Source: Nemertoderma westbladi
Lineage: Eukaryota > Animalia > Xenacoelomorpha
Reading direction: 5' to 3'
Length of the DNA stretch: 64,000 bases
Assembly: GCA_032718475.1 (NCBI GenBank)
Contig: JAUCBJ010000118.1
Location: 709 to 64,708 of the forward strand
Shown here: piece by piece, positions 1 through 10,246 of the stretch
How positions within the stretch are numbered: the stretch's first letter is position 1
Layout of the letters: each line of letters begins with the position of its first letter
The notes under the pieces: model-generated
What the model was told of the DNA's origin: nothing
The model's input: the letters and a program-made list of their open reading frames with translations, nothing else
The model's database searches: none
Position numbers and translations under genes: made by a program

Positions 1-1
1 T

Positions 2-733
2 GTTATTTAGTTGCCTTCTAACAGCTGGAGGCAAATCAGGCAATTTCTGACGGTGGAATGTTCTTTTACGTCTGCTTAGGCGGGATCGATTTCCTCCGCC
101 TTCAGTGTCGGTGGTATCGCCTTCCTCAGATGATGTATATCCCTGTCGTTTGGGAGTAGATCGATTCATCATCTGCATATTACTAGCTGCTAACTGTTTA
201 CTGAAGTCGTCCCGCTTCTCTTGAAGACCCTCCAACTCCAGTTGGATGATCTCTTCAGCCGCTTTTCGTTCTACTTCCGCCACTGCTGCCGCTTTTGCCT
301 CTGTTCGTTCTGCTTCCGCCACTGTTCGTTCTGCTTCCGCCACTGCTGCCGCTTTTGCCGCTGCCGCTGCCGCTTTTGCCTCTGCCGCTGCCGCTTTTCT
401 TTCTGCCTCTGCCACTGCTGCTATCTTTCTGTCTTCTATACGCTTTTTCCTTACTTGTTCTTCCCTTTCTCTAGCGATGCGGAGTTGTTCATCGAATTTA
501 GCTTGGTTCGCCGCTAACCTATCCACATCAATCGCATCTAACACAAGTTTGGCTCCTTCGCTATTAGGGCTAAGTCCCTCCAGCCTTCTCCTCAACTCGT
601 CATCTCCTAAAAAACGCTGATAGTCTGACAGATAGATGTCAATGGCATCCCTCTTATGCGGTTTCTCTGCTGTCACTTCGCTCTCGGTTGTATCTAGTAG
701 ACTGTCTGACAGGTTCTGCTTTGCGTCAGACAT
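2..733 (-). CDS. Gag-like ORF of an LTR retrotransposon (N-terminal part, open to the window edge)
   Basis: Not in the ORF track because it has no stop in the window. ATG at 733 reads MSDAKQNLSDSLLDTTESEV...EQLRIAREREEQVRKKRIEDRKIAAVAEAERKAAAAEAK..., 244 codons with a coiled-coil/Ala-Glu-rich region. It lies downstream of a putative LTR and PBS on the same strand. Gag identity is inferred from position. Confidence 0.6.
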   Translation of the reverse strand, partial: MSDAKQNLSDSLLDTTESEVTAEKPHKRDAIDIYLSDYQRFLGDDELRRRLEGLSPNSEGAKLVLDAIDVDRLAANQAKFDEQLRIAREREEQVRKKRIEDRKIAAVAEAERKAAAAEAKAAAAAAKAAAVAEAERTVAEAERTEAKAAAVAEVERKAAEEIIQLELEGLQEKRDDFSKQLAASNMQMMNRSTPKRQGYTSSEEGDTTDTEGGGNRSRLSRRKRTFHRQKLPDLPPAVRRQLNN

Positions 734-859
734 GCTTATGTGTACAGTTGAATGTCTACTGCTGTATTACAGTCTGAGCAAGTCTAGTAACTCAGTATTA
801 ACTGCTAGCCTAGTAATTAATTACCGGTACTGCTACTCAGTGTAGCGTGATATATATAA

Positions 860-1120
860 TATATTAGAATACCGGTATGCTTATAGTATATATAACTATT
901 ATTACAGACTAGGTTTATCACAGAATACCGGTATAATTTTAGCACAAATATATATAAATATATAATAGGCCTATCGGAATACCGGTATGCAGTTTACACT
1001 TATAGTGTATATATATAAGTATAATTACAAACTAGAATTAATTACAGAATACCGGTATGATTTCAACCTAAAATTTATAGAAATAAATATAATAAGCCTA
1101 TTGTAAATACCGGTATATCA
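860..1120. repeat. Degenerate ~55-65 bp tandem repeat with palindromic core AATACCGGTAT in the retrotransposon 5' UTR
   Basis: (g/a)aataccggtat(a) recurs at ~867, 923, 977, 1047 and 1106. Confidence 0.7.
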
Positions 1121-2060
1121 ATTATTTTAAATAACTGAATTTCTGAATTTCAAGGGTTACTTGGTTACCTTACTTACTTTATTACCGTTATTTGAGCAGT
1201 AATCCAACTGATATTGAGACCTAATGGTTGTATGGTAGGCCTACTATTTATAAATCGTTAGATTTGATTTATAATATATATATACCCGTTTTAATGGGTT
1301 TTGTCAATGTTTGAAATAAATGTTATTATTTCTGGGGAGTAATCACTACACAAAGCGGTGCGCTTTCAGTGAAGTGTTACTTATAGGACACTAAAACAAA
1401 TAATTCTAATTTACCTAAGTTACTTAATACTACAAATTACGTACAATTCGGGTGAGATTACAATCTCTAAATAAACACAAAAATTTACAAAAACATAAAA
1501 TACGAATTTTCAGGGTAATTTTACAAGAAGTCTACAAACCAGCCTAACAAAGGGTTAGAATTCTGGTTATTACAACGGACAGGGTACTACGGTATTTGAA
1601 ATAATAAGTAGTAGTAAATACACTGCGTTGTCCAGATAGGAAAATACCACCGCCTGACGACCTATAGCCGTATCGCTATAGGTTCTACGTTATGTATCAC
1701 GGAGTGTTCCTACCTAGAAGTTAATAGAGCTAATCGAACGTGCCTATTAACCACTTTATAACACAAATATAATGCCTACACTAATTACTTTCGGAAAGCA
1801 CTGTACACTAAACCCTAAATTAGGTACGAGTACTTGTACAACATATAATCAGTAGTTAAATATACTTGAACAGCTAAAAGAACCACGGCATCTGCTGGAG
1901 TGACCGATGCACAAAATCACCAGTCTTTACCTACGCCAAGCAGCCCGTGTAGTACCGGGGTTAATTTAACTATAGCGGTATGTATAACAAACACAATTAC
2001 TGTAGGAACAAACTTGGGGAATGAATGTTGCGGATAATCGCATAAACTCTGAATAATAAA

Positions 2061-2628
2061 TATTACGCTACGCGTACAAACTACTCAAACAAAATGCAGA
2101 CCAAATACCGACAGACTACCATCAAGCCTAAACAAACTACGGTATATGCAGACTCCGAAATGATTAGGCAGTATGCGTTCTAACCCAGTAGTACGACTTA
2201 TTCTTTAATTGGGGGTTTACCTTACCGCATTGGCTGCCCCTACTTCCTAACCGTACTTAATCGGACAGAGGCTCTACACACACTACAATCCGTTCAGACC
2301 TAATAACAGCCAGACAACTATCCAGTCTACAAATTATCTAAATAAATATTATACGCTACCTGTACGGACTTACACAAACAAAGTACAGACTAAACGATGG
2401 CAGACTACTCTCAAGCCTAAATAAACTACAGGACATGCAGACTCCGAAATGATTAGGCAGTATGCGTTCTAACCCAGTAGTACGACTTATTCTTTAGTTG
2501 GGGGTTTACCTTACAGCATTCGCTGCCCCTACTTCCTAACCGTACTTAATCGGACAGGTGATCTACACACACTGCAATCCGTTCAGACTTAACAGCAATC
2601 AGACAACAGCTCAGCCTACAAATTGTCT
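2061..2628. repeat. Tandem duplication of ~289 bp in the retrotransposon 5' UTR
   Basis: 2061-2339 and 2348-2628 share long identical blocks, e.g. tgcagactccgaaatgattaggcagtatgcgttctaacccagtagtacgactt. Confidence 0.9.
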
Positions 2629-3113
2629 GTACAATCTGATCAGGCTTACACGCCTTCTGTTCAATACTGGCCTACAAACAAATAAAACTTGACAGAAATA
2701 AGTAAAAATCTCAATAAAAAACCAGGGCTGCAGTCCCTGATTAATTATTAAGGCCTACCGGTATACAACAATCAAATCGAATAATACTAATGTACTTATA
2801 CGGGAAGTACCGGTTAGGACAGTTAGGCCTACGGACCTACAGAAGTACCGGTTCTGGCAGTTGGACCTACGGACCTACGGCAGTACCGGTTCTGGCAGTT
2901 GGGCCTACTGACCTACAGATGTACCGTTCAGGTTTACCGGTTGACCGGTACTTTCAACTTTATTGCTTACTGCAATAAAGAAGCTATATCCGTTATTGTT
3001 CGCGCTTTCAGACCTTTGGCAGTTTAACCCGCCAAATTAGGATGTCTTCTAGATAATAAATCACCTTTAGTCTATGACAAGTATTTAATTCACTACACTA
3101 GTCGAAACCAATC

Positions 3114-4205
3114 TGTGCGCGATCATTCACCCGCTGGATATACCCGGGAGATTGGGTTCGACGGCTTAATTTTATTGCTATGTAAGCCTAATGTATTATT
3201 CGACTGACTGTATTATATAATCTCTGACAATATTATTCACCTTCGGGAAATATTAACAGTTCCTTTAGGACGTGGCGCTCTATCTATACAAACAGAGTTA
3301 TGACTTAAACTACTCACAACGATATGGCTTAGTTACAATTCACATATATGGCGCATTCTTTAGGAAATGCTTCGTTATCAGTCTCACTCATACACAATGC
3401 TGCACAATACTGCACACTGATCTGCCGATCTTCACTGATTTTAGTCACATATAAAAGGAACACGGACCGAATCATGTAGGGTCTATCAAATAACATTAGA
3501 TTCACTTCAAACCACTCAACATAGGTCGCAATCATTTATCTGTAACCTTTCTCTCTTACCTTCGGTATATCAAGAATATTGGGTTTCGGGGTTATTTATC
3601 GTTATTCCAAATATAATAATTCATCAACCATATTATGAAGAACTGACAGCAAATAGCAGTATAACAATATAAAGTATGCACAGTGTTACACAGTATGCAG
3701 TGTATGCAGTACTGCAGTATGCAGTATGCAGTATGCAGACATCAGACATCAGATAACGGATATATGTCCTTATAATTAAGCCTACTAGTGTAAGACTAAA
3801 AACTGAAACACGGAGGTGCCAAAAGCCAGTTCTTAGGCTCTGGGCAAAAACATAACACTGAACTACTGAGTTTCTGTATACACCTCCAACACAGAGACAA
3901 CAAACGCTCTGATTGGTCAACCTGAACAACGAGAGAACAAAGAAACAAAGAAACGTCGACGTGGCAATATCAGCTGCTAGCCGTCGTCATGGTAGCGACA
4001 CTGTTTTCAAGAGTATCGAGCTTTTACGTCACGGAATTACGGATTATGTCCTCTAAAGTACAAATACAGAAGAAATAGCTTTTATGTCCGCTAAAACACC
4101 AGTACAGCAAGGACACGGCCTTTTTATGCCTGGTAAACCAACTACAGAGTATTTTACGGGAAAAATAAGGAAAAATAACCGGACAATTCAGCAAAAGCTT
4201 TTACA
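3114..4205 (-). mobile_element. Putative 5' LTR (~1.09 kb) of an LTR retrotransposon
   Basis: On the - strand it starts TGTAAAAGC (4205) and ends GCGCACA (3114). It contains CCAAT (~3912-3916) and AATAAA (~3172-3177) and is followed by a PBS-like TGGTTTCGACTAG (3110-3098). The boundary at 4205/4206 coincides exactly with the start of Polinton TIR homology. The partner LTR is outside the window. Confidence 0.65.
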
Positions 4206-4387
4206 AACGACGACGTGGCCACCAACTACACACATATACCCTCCCTCGATATTATATTATATTATATCGATTGCCAACTCAACGATTTAGCCCCCGCTAG
4301 CTAGCGCTACTCCTCGACGGCTGTCACCAACCTCCTAGTATGATACATGAAATTCCATTCCGTTCCAGCTACGTGTATACGAGCATT
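4206..4387 (+). repeat. Left TIR of the Polinton (inner part only; outer part displaced by the LTR element)
   Basis: aacgacgacgtggccaccaacta, tattatattatatcgattgccaactc, catgaaattcc and gtatacgagcatt match the reverse complement of 21859-22016, with indels. Confidence 0.85.
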
Positions 4388-4618
4388 AGTGATTATTATT
4401 ATTACGCAATAATTTTTGTTTAAACTGCATTTCCCTACCGGCTAATCAACCAATCAATAAACCGAATTTAGGCTATTTCTCAGTTTAAGACCTGTATTAT
4501 TTTTGAAAATATCTTATATATATAATCTCTTGCTTTAATCACAATTAATCATTTGTAATGGTTTTAGTTTAAAAGTTTTTACTTTGTTTGTTTGATTTAC
4601 AATAAAATAAATTAAATA

Positions 4619-5041
4619 ATGTCTTCTGATTCCGATATGGTTATGCCAATAGTAAGGCATTCATTTTTTGCAGAAGATGGTCAAACCTATATTGTTATTG
4701 ATTATACAATTTACCGTCAGGGAGATGATAAATATAAAATTGAGTTTTCTGAAAAAGCCAGGAAAGTTTTAAGCTCAATTGATATTGATGCTTCTGATAA
4801 TAGTTTTCATCTCTTAGATTACAACCTGAAAGTTGAGCATGAGGGAAAATTAATCAACATCTTACTATTATCCATGATAGAGGGGTTTATTGTTATTACA
4901 CAATACAACGAAGCTGGTGAAAAGTTTGAAATACGGCTAAATCGGCATAGCCCCTACGAAATTATGTCTTTCTTTATTGTAATGATTTCAAAAGAATCCT
5001 TTATCGAACCTGAAGAATCAACAGATAATGTTGAATATTGA
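4619..5041 (+). CDS. Polinton accessory protein, unknown function (140 aa, acidic)
   Basis: Clean ATG-TGA ORF in AT-rich context; first gene inside the TIR; no recognisable motif. Confidence 0.6.
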   Translation: MSSDSDMVMPIVRHSFFAEDGQTYIVIDYTIYRQGDDKYKIEFSEKARKVLSSIDIDASDNSFHLLDYNLKVEHEGKLINILLLSMIEGFIVITQYNEAGEKFEIRLNRHSPYEIMSFFIVMISKESFIEPEESTDNVEY

Positions 5042-5229
5042 TAATATCATTGATTCTTGACTTTTCCCTCTATATTATAAATATTTTATGATTATTTTTA
5101 AAATTTTAATGTTTTTAAATAATCGAAAATTGTAGTAGTAATTGTATATACAGTATAACAGATTTGTTTGTTGTTGTTGTTGTTGTGTATTGAGGTAATT
5201 ATTTTCAATTTACTTTAAAATTTGGAAAA

Positions 5230-5682
5230 ATGGATATTTTAAATGAACAATGTCCAGTTTGCTATTCTAAGTTATTGCAACAACATCGAGATTATTATAA
5301 ATGTGAAAATAAACATGCAACTTGCGTACAATGTATTGTACAATATTCCGAAATGAATAATTATTGTTCTAAAATTTGTCCTATTTGTCGCGCACCCATA
5401 TCTAAGTTTAATATAAAGTTGGCAAGTTATCAACCCTATTATTGGAAAGAGCTTCGAAATATAACTTATATTTCTGCGGAAAGTAATGATCCGGGAGATT
5501 TATTTACAATATTGGAGAATATTTTTTATAGAAATGTAGTACGACGGTGTTGCTACTATATTCCTTATTTTTTTAGCAGCGAACATAAAAAAATCATTAG
5601 TGCGAAATTCTCGGGAAGTGATTTCCAAACCGCCGATGTTACCTATCATTATTTCGCGTATAAAGATGCTCACCATGCTTGA
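5230..5682 (+). CDS. RING-finger protein (putative E3 ubiquitin ligase)
   Basis: CPVC-x14-CENKHATCVQC-x14-CPICR, a C3HC4-like RING spacing at the N-terminus. Confidence 0.8.
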   Translation: MDILNEQCPVCYSKLLQQHRDYYKCENKHATCVQCIVQYSEMNNYCSKICPICRAPISKFNIKLASYQPYYWKELRNITYISAESNDPGDLFTILENIFYRNVVRRCCYYIPYFFSSEHKKIISAKFSGSDFQTADVTYHYFAYKDAHHA

Positions 5683-5898
5683 AATTACATCAGTCTATAC
5701 TATAATTGGAAATAGCACCTTTTGTTGCAGCGAGCGTCACATACTGTAGTTGTGTCATATGTTAATTAAATATACAGTACTCTAATATTGTAGTTGCCTC
5801 AATTATTGTTATATACATAGTAATGGTGATGGTTTATTGATATTGATATTTATATTATATTATATTGTATTGTTGATATATCTTAATAATAATAATAA

Positions 5899-6582
5899 AT
5901 GGCTGACTTTAATTCAGGTCCATGTAATTTAAACTTTCAAATGGGAACGAGTATGATAATTTCTGGGCCATCTGGTTCTGGAAAGTCAACCTTTGTAAGC
6001 AATTTAATTAAACACAAGAATGGTTGTTTCAACGAAGCCCCCTTGCGAGTATTGTATTGTTACGGGAGCAATCCCCCGACTATTCCCGGTATTACTCACC
6101 TTTACAAAGGTTTGCCTGAAAATATAGATAGTTTAGTGAATAGTCGAGATTTATTAATTATAGATGATTTATTAACAGAAACTGAGTCCAGTACAGCTTT
6201 AACTGTATTGTTTACTAAGGTAGCTCATCATTCCAATATATTTATTTGTTTTATAACGCAAAACATGTTTTACGGTGGGAAGCATAACCGCACAAGATCA
6301 ATTAATAGCCGTACTTTAGTATTAATGAAAAATCCGCGAGACAGTTTATCGGTTTTAAATTTCGCGAAGCAGATGTTACCAGGGCAGACCAAATTTTTAG
6401 TTGATTCCTATCAAGATGCAACTATTGAACCATTTTCGCATTTCTTAATTGATTTACGACAGGAAACACCCGAACATTTAAGATTTAGATCGGATATATT
6501 TCGTAATCATAATTGTTACATTAAAAATTACATTGACTATAAACGTAGTGAAAATAATAATAATAATAATAATGATAAATAA
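5899..6582 (+). CDS. Genome-packaging ATPase (A32-like, FtsK/HerA superfamily)
   Basis: Walker A GPSGSGKS, Walker B LLIIDD, and HHSNIFICFITQN and LMKNPRD motifs typical of Polinton ATPases. Confidence 0.93.
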   Translation: MADFNSGPCNLNFQMGTSMIISGPSGSGKSTFVSNLIKHKNGCFNEAPLRVLYCYGSNPPTIPGITHLYKGLPENIDSLVNSRDLLIIDDLLTETESSTALTVLFTKVAHHSNIFICFITQNMFYGGKHNRTRSINSRTLVLMKNPRDSLSVLNFAKQMLPGQTKFLVDSYQDATIEPFSHFLIDLRQETPEHLRFRSDIFRNHNCYIKNYIDYKRSENNNNNNNDK

Positions 6583-6619
6583 TTATTATTTTGTAACAAT
6601 TTTCAATAATGTTGCAACA

Positions 6620-7002
6620 ATGAATAGACTTGTGCAGAAATATCGTAACGAACTGGAATTTCTACGCAGCGCTACCCCTCAACAAAGAACTTATTTTATA
6701 ACCATACCGTGAGTAACGAATTAATACGGCTCATTGTAAATACTGCATTAAATGTTCTAAAAGGTAACGTACAATTAACCCCTCATTCATTTAGAAATAT
6801 TCGCCGCTATAAGAAGGTATTGAAATCACTCAACCGTAAAACAAAAAATATATCAAGTTACAGAAAAAAGTTAAGCAATCAATCTGGAGGTATACTACCA
6901 TTTCTAATACCCTTACTCGGCATTGGTGCGAAACTCGCCGCGAGTGCCGGTGCCGCCGCCGCTGGAGCAGCTATTGCGAAAAAAATTAACCGCGGACGGT
7001 AA
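6620..7002 (+). CDS. Adenovirus pX/Mu-like virion core protein precursor (probable frameshift near 6700)
   Basis: Basic region followed by NQSGG|ILPFLIPLLGIGAKLAA, resembling the adenoviral pX C-terminus (MRGG|ILPLLIPLIAAAIG). ATG 6620 gives MNRLVQKYRNELEFLRSATPQQR in a different frame from 6709-7002. Confidence 0.75.
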
Positions 7003-7004
7003 TA

Positions 7005-7175
7005 ATGGTTAAAACAGGAGTAACATTTAGAAAATTATATTTAGTATCGAGTAAACCGTTAGCTACTGATTTAAAACCTCAAGATATACCTAGAGTAAAT
7101 ACTACAAAAAGAAAACCCTTTAAAACATCAACTTCAAAGAAAATAATTAAAAAATTTCAGTTGTTCTTACGGTGA
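7005..7175 (+). CDS. Small basic ORF (56 aa), possible core protein or remnant
   Basis: MVKTGVTFRKLYLVSSKPL...KKIIKKFQLFLR*. It starts 2 nt after the pX-like stop and is below the ORF-track cutoff. Confidence 0.35.
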   Translation: MVKTGVTFRKLYLVSSKPLATDLKPQDIPRVNTTKRKPFKTSTSKKIIKKFQLFLR

Positions 7176-7226
7176 TGCCCTTTATAAGAGATTTGAATAT
7201 ACATATTACTTGCGGTTGTCGAAAAG

Positions 7227-8284
7227 ATGCCACGCAAGATGAAACCAATTTTAAGCCGAAGCTTAGACAAAAAACTGTTAAGAATTTATTTAGATCCTTC
7301 ATCCCCCGCGGGATTTGCAAGTGTTGCAAAATTAGCAAAAGCTGCAAACATCAAACCAGCACAAGCCCAGAAATGGCTGAGAGGGCAAAAGACATACACC
7401 CTTCACGCTCCACGTAGACATCATTATCCAACATCTAAAATATTTACGGGAGGCTTAAAAGATATATATATGATAGATCTGGTGGATATGCAGCAATATA
7501 AATCGCAAAATAATAATTATAACTATATATTAACATGTATTGATGCCTTTAGCAGGCTTGCTTTTGCCTATGGTATGAAAACAAAAAAGGGTATTGAAAT
7601 TATTAGTATAGTAGAATCGCGACTGATCAAGGTTCTGAGTTTCTAAATAAATCTGTAAGGAAATATTTAGATACGTTAGGTATACAGTATTACGTAATGT
7701 ATTCTGTGAATAAGGCGGCTATTGTCGAGAGATTCAATAGAACATTAAAAACAAAGATGTTCAAAATTTTCACGCAACGAGGAAATAATGTTTGGATTAA
7801 AATTTTACCAAAGCTCATTTATGCTTATAATAGGTCATATCATAGGACAATAAAAATGACACCTATTGAAGTTAATAAATTTAATGAAACTGAATTACTG
7901 AATAGATTATATGGGAAATATAAACAGATTAATCATAAGAAAATAAAATTTAAAGTTGGAGATACAGTACGATTATCTATCGCACGTACTGCTTTTGCTA
8001 AAGGCTATCGAGAACAATGGACACGTGAATTATTTATTATTCATCGTGTCAGGTTGGATAGAGTACCAGCGGTAATGTTCGATATTAAGGACAGCGCTGG
8101 AGCTATAATAAATGGCTCATTTTATTCTCACGAACTCCAAAAGGTCCACCCGAATAGTAATATTTATCTACCAATTGACAAAAATATTGGCAAACTTAAA
8201 GAACGTGTACGCAATGGGAAGAAAGAATATTTAGTCCGATTCATCGGATCCAAGAAACAGTCGTGGGTACAGCATATTCAATAA
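7227..8284 (+). pseudogene. Retroviral-type (rve) integrase with C-terminal chromodomain-like tail; frameshifted at ~7605-7615
   Basis: DDE triad: MIDLVDM, TDQGSEF (read in the frame of 7697-8284 upstream of its ATG) and IVERFNRTLK. Also YNRSYHRTIKMTP, FKVGDTVRLS, KGYREQWTRELF and KEYLVRFIG...SWV. Confidence 0.93.
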
Positions 8285-8534
8285 GCTTAGGTTTATACTG
8301 TATATTAATTCATTTTGGTTGCATATGACCGTAATTAATCAATATTAACTCGAATGATATTACTATATCTATAGTTCATCAGCTTTAAATAAAGCCAGTA
8401 AAATATTGATCCCTCGCATATACTGTAGAAGATGCGACAATGAACGTGGTCACAGATGTCTATAATTTAACATTATACTGTACTGTATGTACAATGGAGT
8501 CAAGTAGAGAGAGAGAGCTTAAATAATAATAATA

Positions 8535-9407
8535 ATGGCCACAGATACATATATCACTCTACTTTCAGATAGCTCATTAAACACTTACCCCAATAATAAT
8601 CCTAGCGAGTTTACTGTTGATTTAGCCGAAGAATTATATATTGGTCCAAACGCTAAAATTTGGCTTGCCGAGCTACAATACCAAGCAACATACAGCAATA
8701 TTACGCTGCAAACTCAAATCTCGCTGTCAATCGGGGTAGATGCAAAAGATGCCAAATTATATTGTTTATTTCCTGGTATGCATAGCTCTATTCAAGTGAT
8801 TATTGATGATATAAATAAACTGTTTAATTCTGAAGCGAAATATAGAGATTTCGAATTCATTTTTAATACAAATAATTCTAGAATTAAATTTAAATTTCCT
8901 AAAAAGTTGAAAAAAATACAATTAAGTCTACGTGGTGATTTAATACAAATTCTAGGCTTAAAACCGTTATTGGATCGGAATCATCCGGGTATTCCGAATT
9001 GGGATATATACAGTACCACTACAGTAGATGAATTAAGCAATATAGAACAGCCGATATTAATTTTAAATTATAGCGGACCAAAAATTTCGGAAATTGGCAT
9101 TTTAGATTTTACAGCTCCCACGAATATAACACGTAATAAAGACACTATTTTTATATATACTGATATTATTAAGAGCTCATTTGTTGGTGACGCTTTAGCT
9201 CCGCTCTTAAGAACCTGCCCTTTAACGCAATTAAATCGAAAATATATTAATCACGAATACGAGAGCATTTGCTATTACCCGTTGTTGAATAAAAAACTAA
9301 AAACAATCTTAATTACTTTACGTGACGGACAAGGCGAATTAATTAATTTTAGCGGAGGTCGCACTGTTATAACACTTAAGTTAATACGCGGTGGGGATGA
9401 TGGATGA
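8535..9407 (+). CDS. Minor capsid protein (penton, single jelly-roll), copy 1
   Basis: N-terminal YITLLSDSSLNTYPNNNPSEFTVDL and C-terminal IFIYTDIIKSSFVGDALAPLLR...YYPL...ITLRDGQGELINF, typical of Polinton minor capsid proteins. Confidence 0.85.
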   Translation: MATDTYITLLSDSSLNTYPNNNPSEFTVDLAEELYIGPNAKIWLAELQYQATYSNITLQTQISLSIGVDAKDAKLYCLFPGMHSSIQVIIDDINKLFNSEAKYRDFEFIFNTNNSRIKFKFPKKLKKIQLSLRGDLIQILGLKPLLDRNHPGIPNWDIYSTTTVDELSNIEQPILILNYSGPKISEIGILDFTAPTNITRNKDTIFIYTDIIKSSFVGDALAPLLRTCPLTQLNRKYINHEYESICYYPLLNKKLKTILITLRDGQGELINFSGGRTVITLKLIRGGDDG

Positions 9408-10245
9408 ATTCTACGTAAGACTACCAAGTAACTCCTGTCCAATTGATTTTCCCCGCAATAGCGCTAGTAATTATCAGATCAATTTCCATGGCGCCTTACC
9501 TATAAACCCAAACGAAAACTGGGTGGTAGGTATAAAAAGTATATTTTACTTAGCAACGTTGCCGTCCATGTATAACAATGTAGAGAATGTTATTTTATTA
9601 AAAAAAGGGAAAAAAAATTTTGAGGATACACTTCCATTCGGTTTGTTCTACAGTATCAATGACATTATAGATTATTTTAACACTGGGGCATTGAAAGATA
9701 AATTACAAATAGTTGAAAATACTCAGCAAAATAGGTTGCAATTTATTTTAGGGAAAACTGTGCGAGAGTTATTTATAGGTCAACAATTAGCCTATTATTT
9801 TGGAATTAATGAAAATAATCTCGGCGCGAATTTAAATCCAAATTTTAAAATTATTTTGAAGACGAAAAATAACATAAAGGGTTATTTAATAAAGGTTATC
9901 GGAAATGGAGAAAAAGCTTACCAGATGGTATTTTTATGCCCTCAACCGCCCAATTCTATTCCAGAACCTAAGTCGAACATGTACGTGACTACTAATATAA
10001 TTGAAAATCAATATATTAATGACTTTGGTTTAGCTTTACTTCGTCGTGTTGCGATACCTGATGATGTGAAATATGGTAGCGTAATAAATAAAGAATTTGT
10101 CAAGGATACAATTCATTATATCCCTGTAAAAAAATCATATAAGATAACATACATTCATATTGAAATAACAGACAAAGAAGGAAAAGATTTGAATTTTGAA
10201 TACAGGACAACATCTATTACATTACACTTTAAACAAATAAATTAA
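9391..10245 (+). CDS. Minor capsid protein (penton), copy 2 (true start probably ATG 9400 or 9403)
   Basis: FYVRLPSNSCPIDFPRNSASNYQINF ... MYVTTNIIENQYINDFGLALLR...YIPV...IEITDKEGKDLNF: the same motif skeleton as 8535-9407. Confidence 0.82.
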   Translation: MGMMDEFYVRLPSNSCPIDFPRNSASNYQINFHGALPINPNENWVVGIKSIFYLATLPSMYNNVENVILLKKGKKNFEDTLPFGLFYSINDIIDYFNTGALKDKLQIVENTQQNRLQFILGKTVRELFIGQQLAYYFGINENNLGANLNPNFKIILKTKNNIKGYLIKVIGNGEKAYQMVFLCPQPPNSIPEPKSNMYVTTNIIENQYINDFGLALLRRVAIPDDVKYGSVINKEFVKDTIHYIPVKKSYKITYIHIEITDKEGKDLNFEYRTTSITLHFKQIN

Positions 10246-10246
10246 A

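Noticed and set aside
221-845. Plus-strand ORFs 221-517, 246-620 and 636-845 (Cys/Arg- or Ala-rich)
   Set aside because: Antisense shadows of the low-complexity minus-strand gag-like ORF (733 to window start).
1607-1620. AGTAGTAG as a possible left Polinton terminus
   Set aside because: The following sequence does not match the reverse complement of the right end (AGTAGTAGATAAAGCATGG) and it lies inside the LTR element's UTR.
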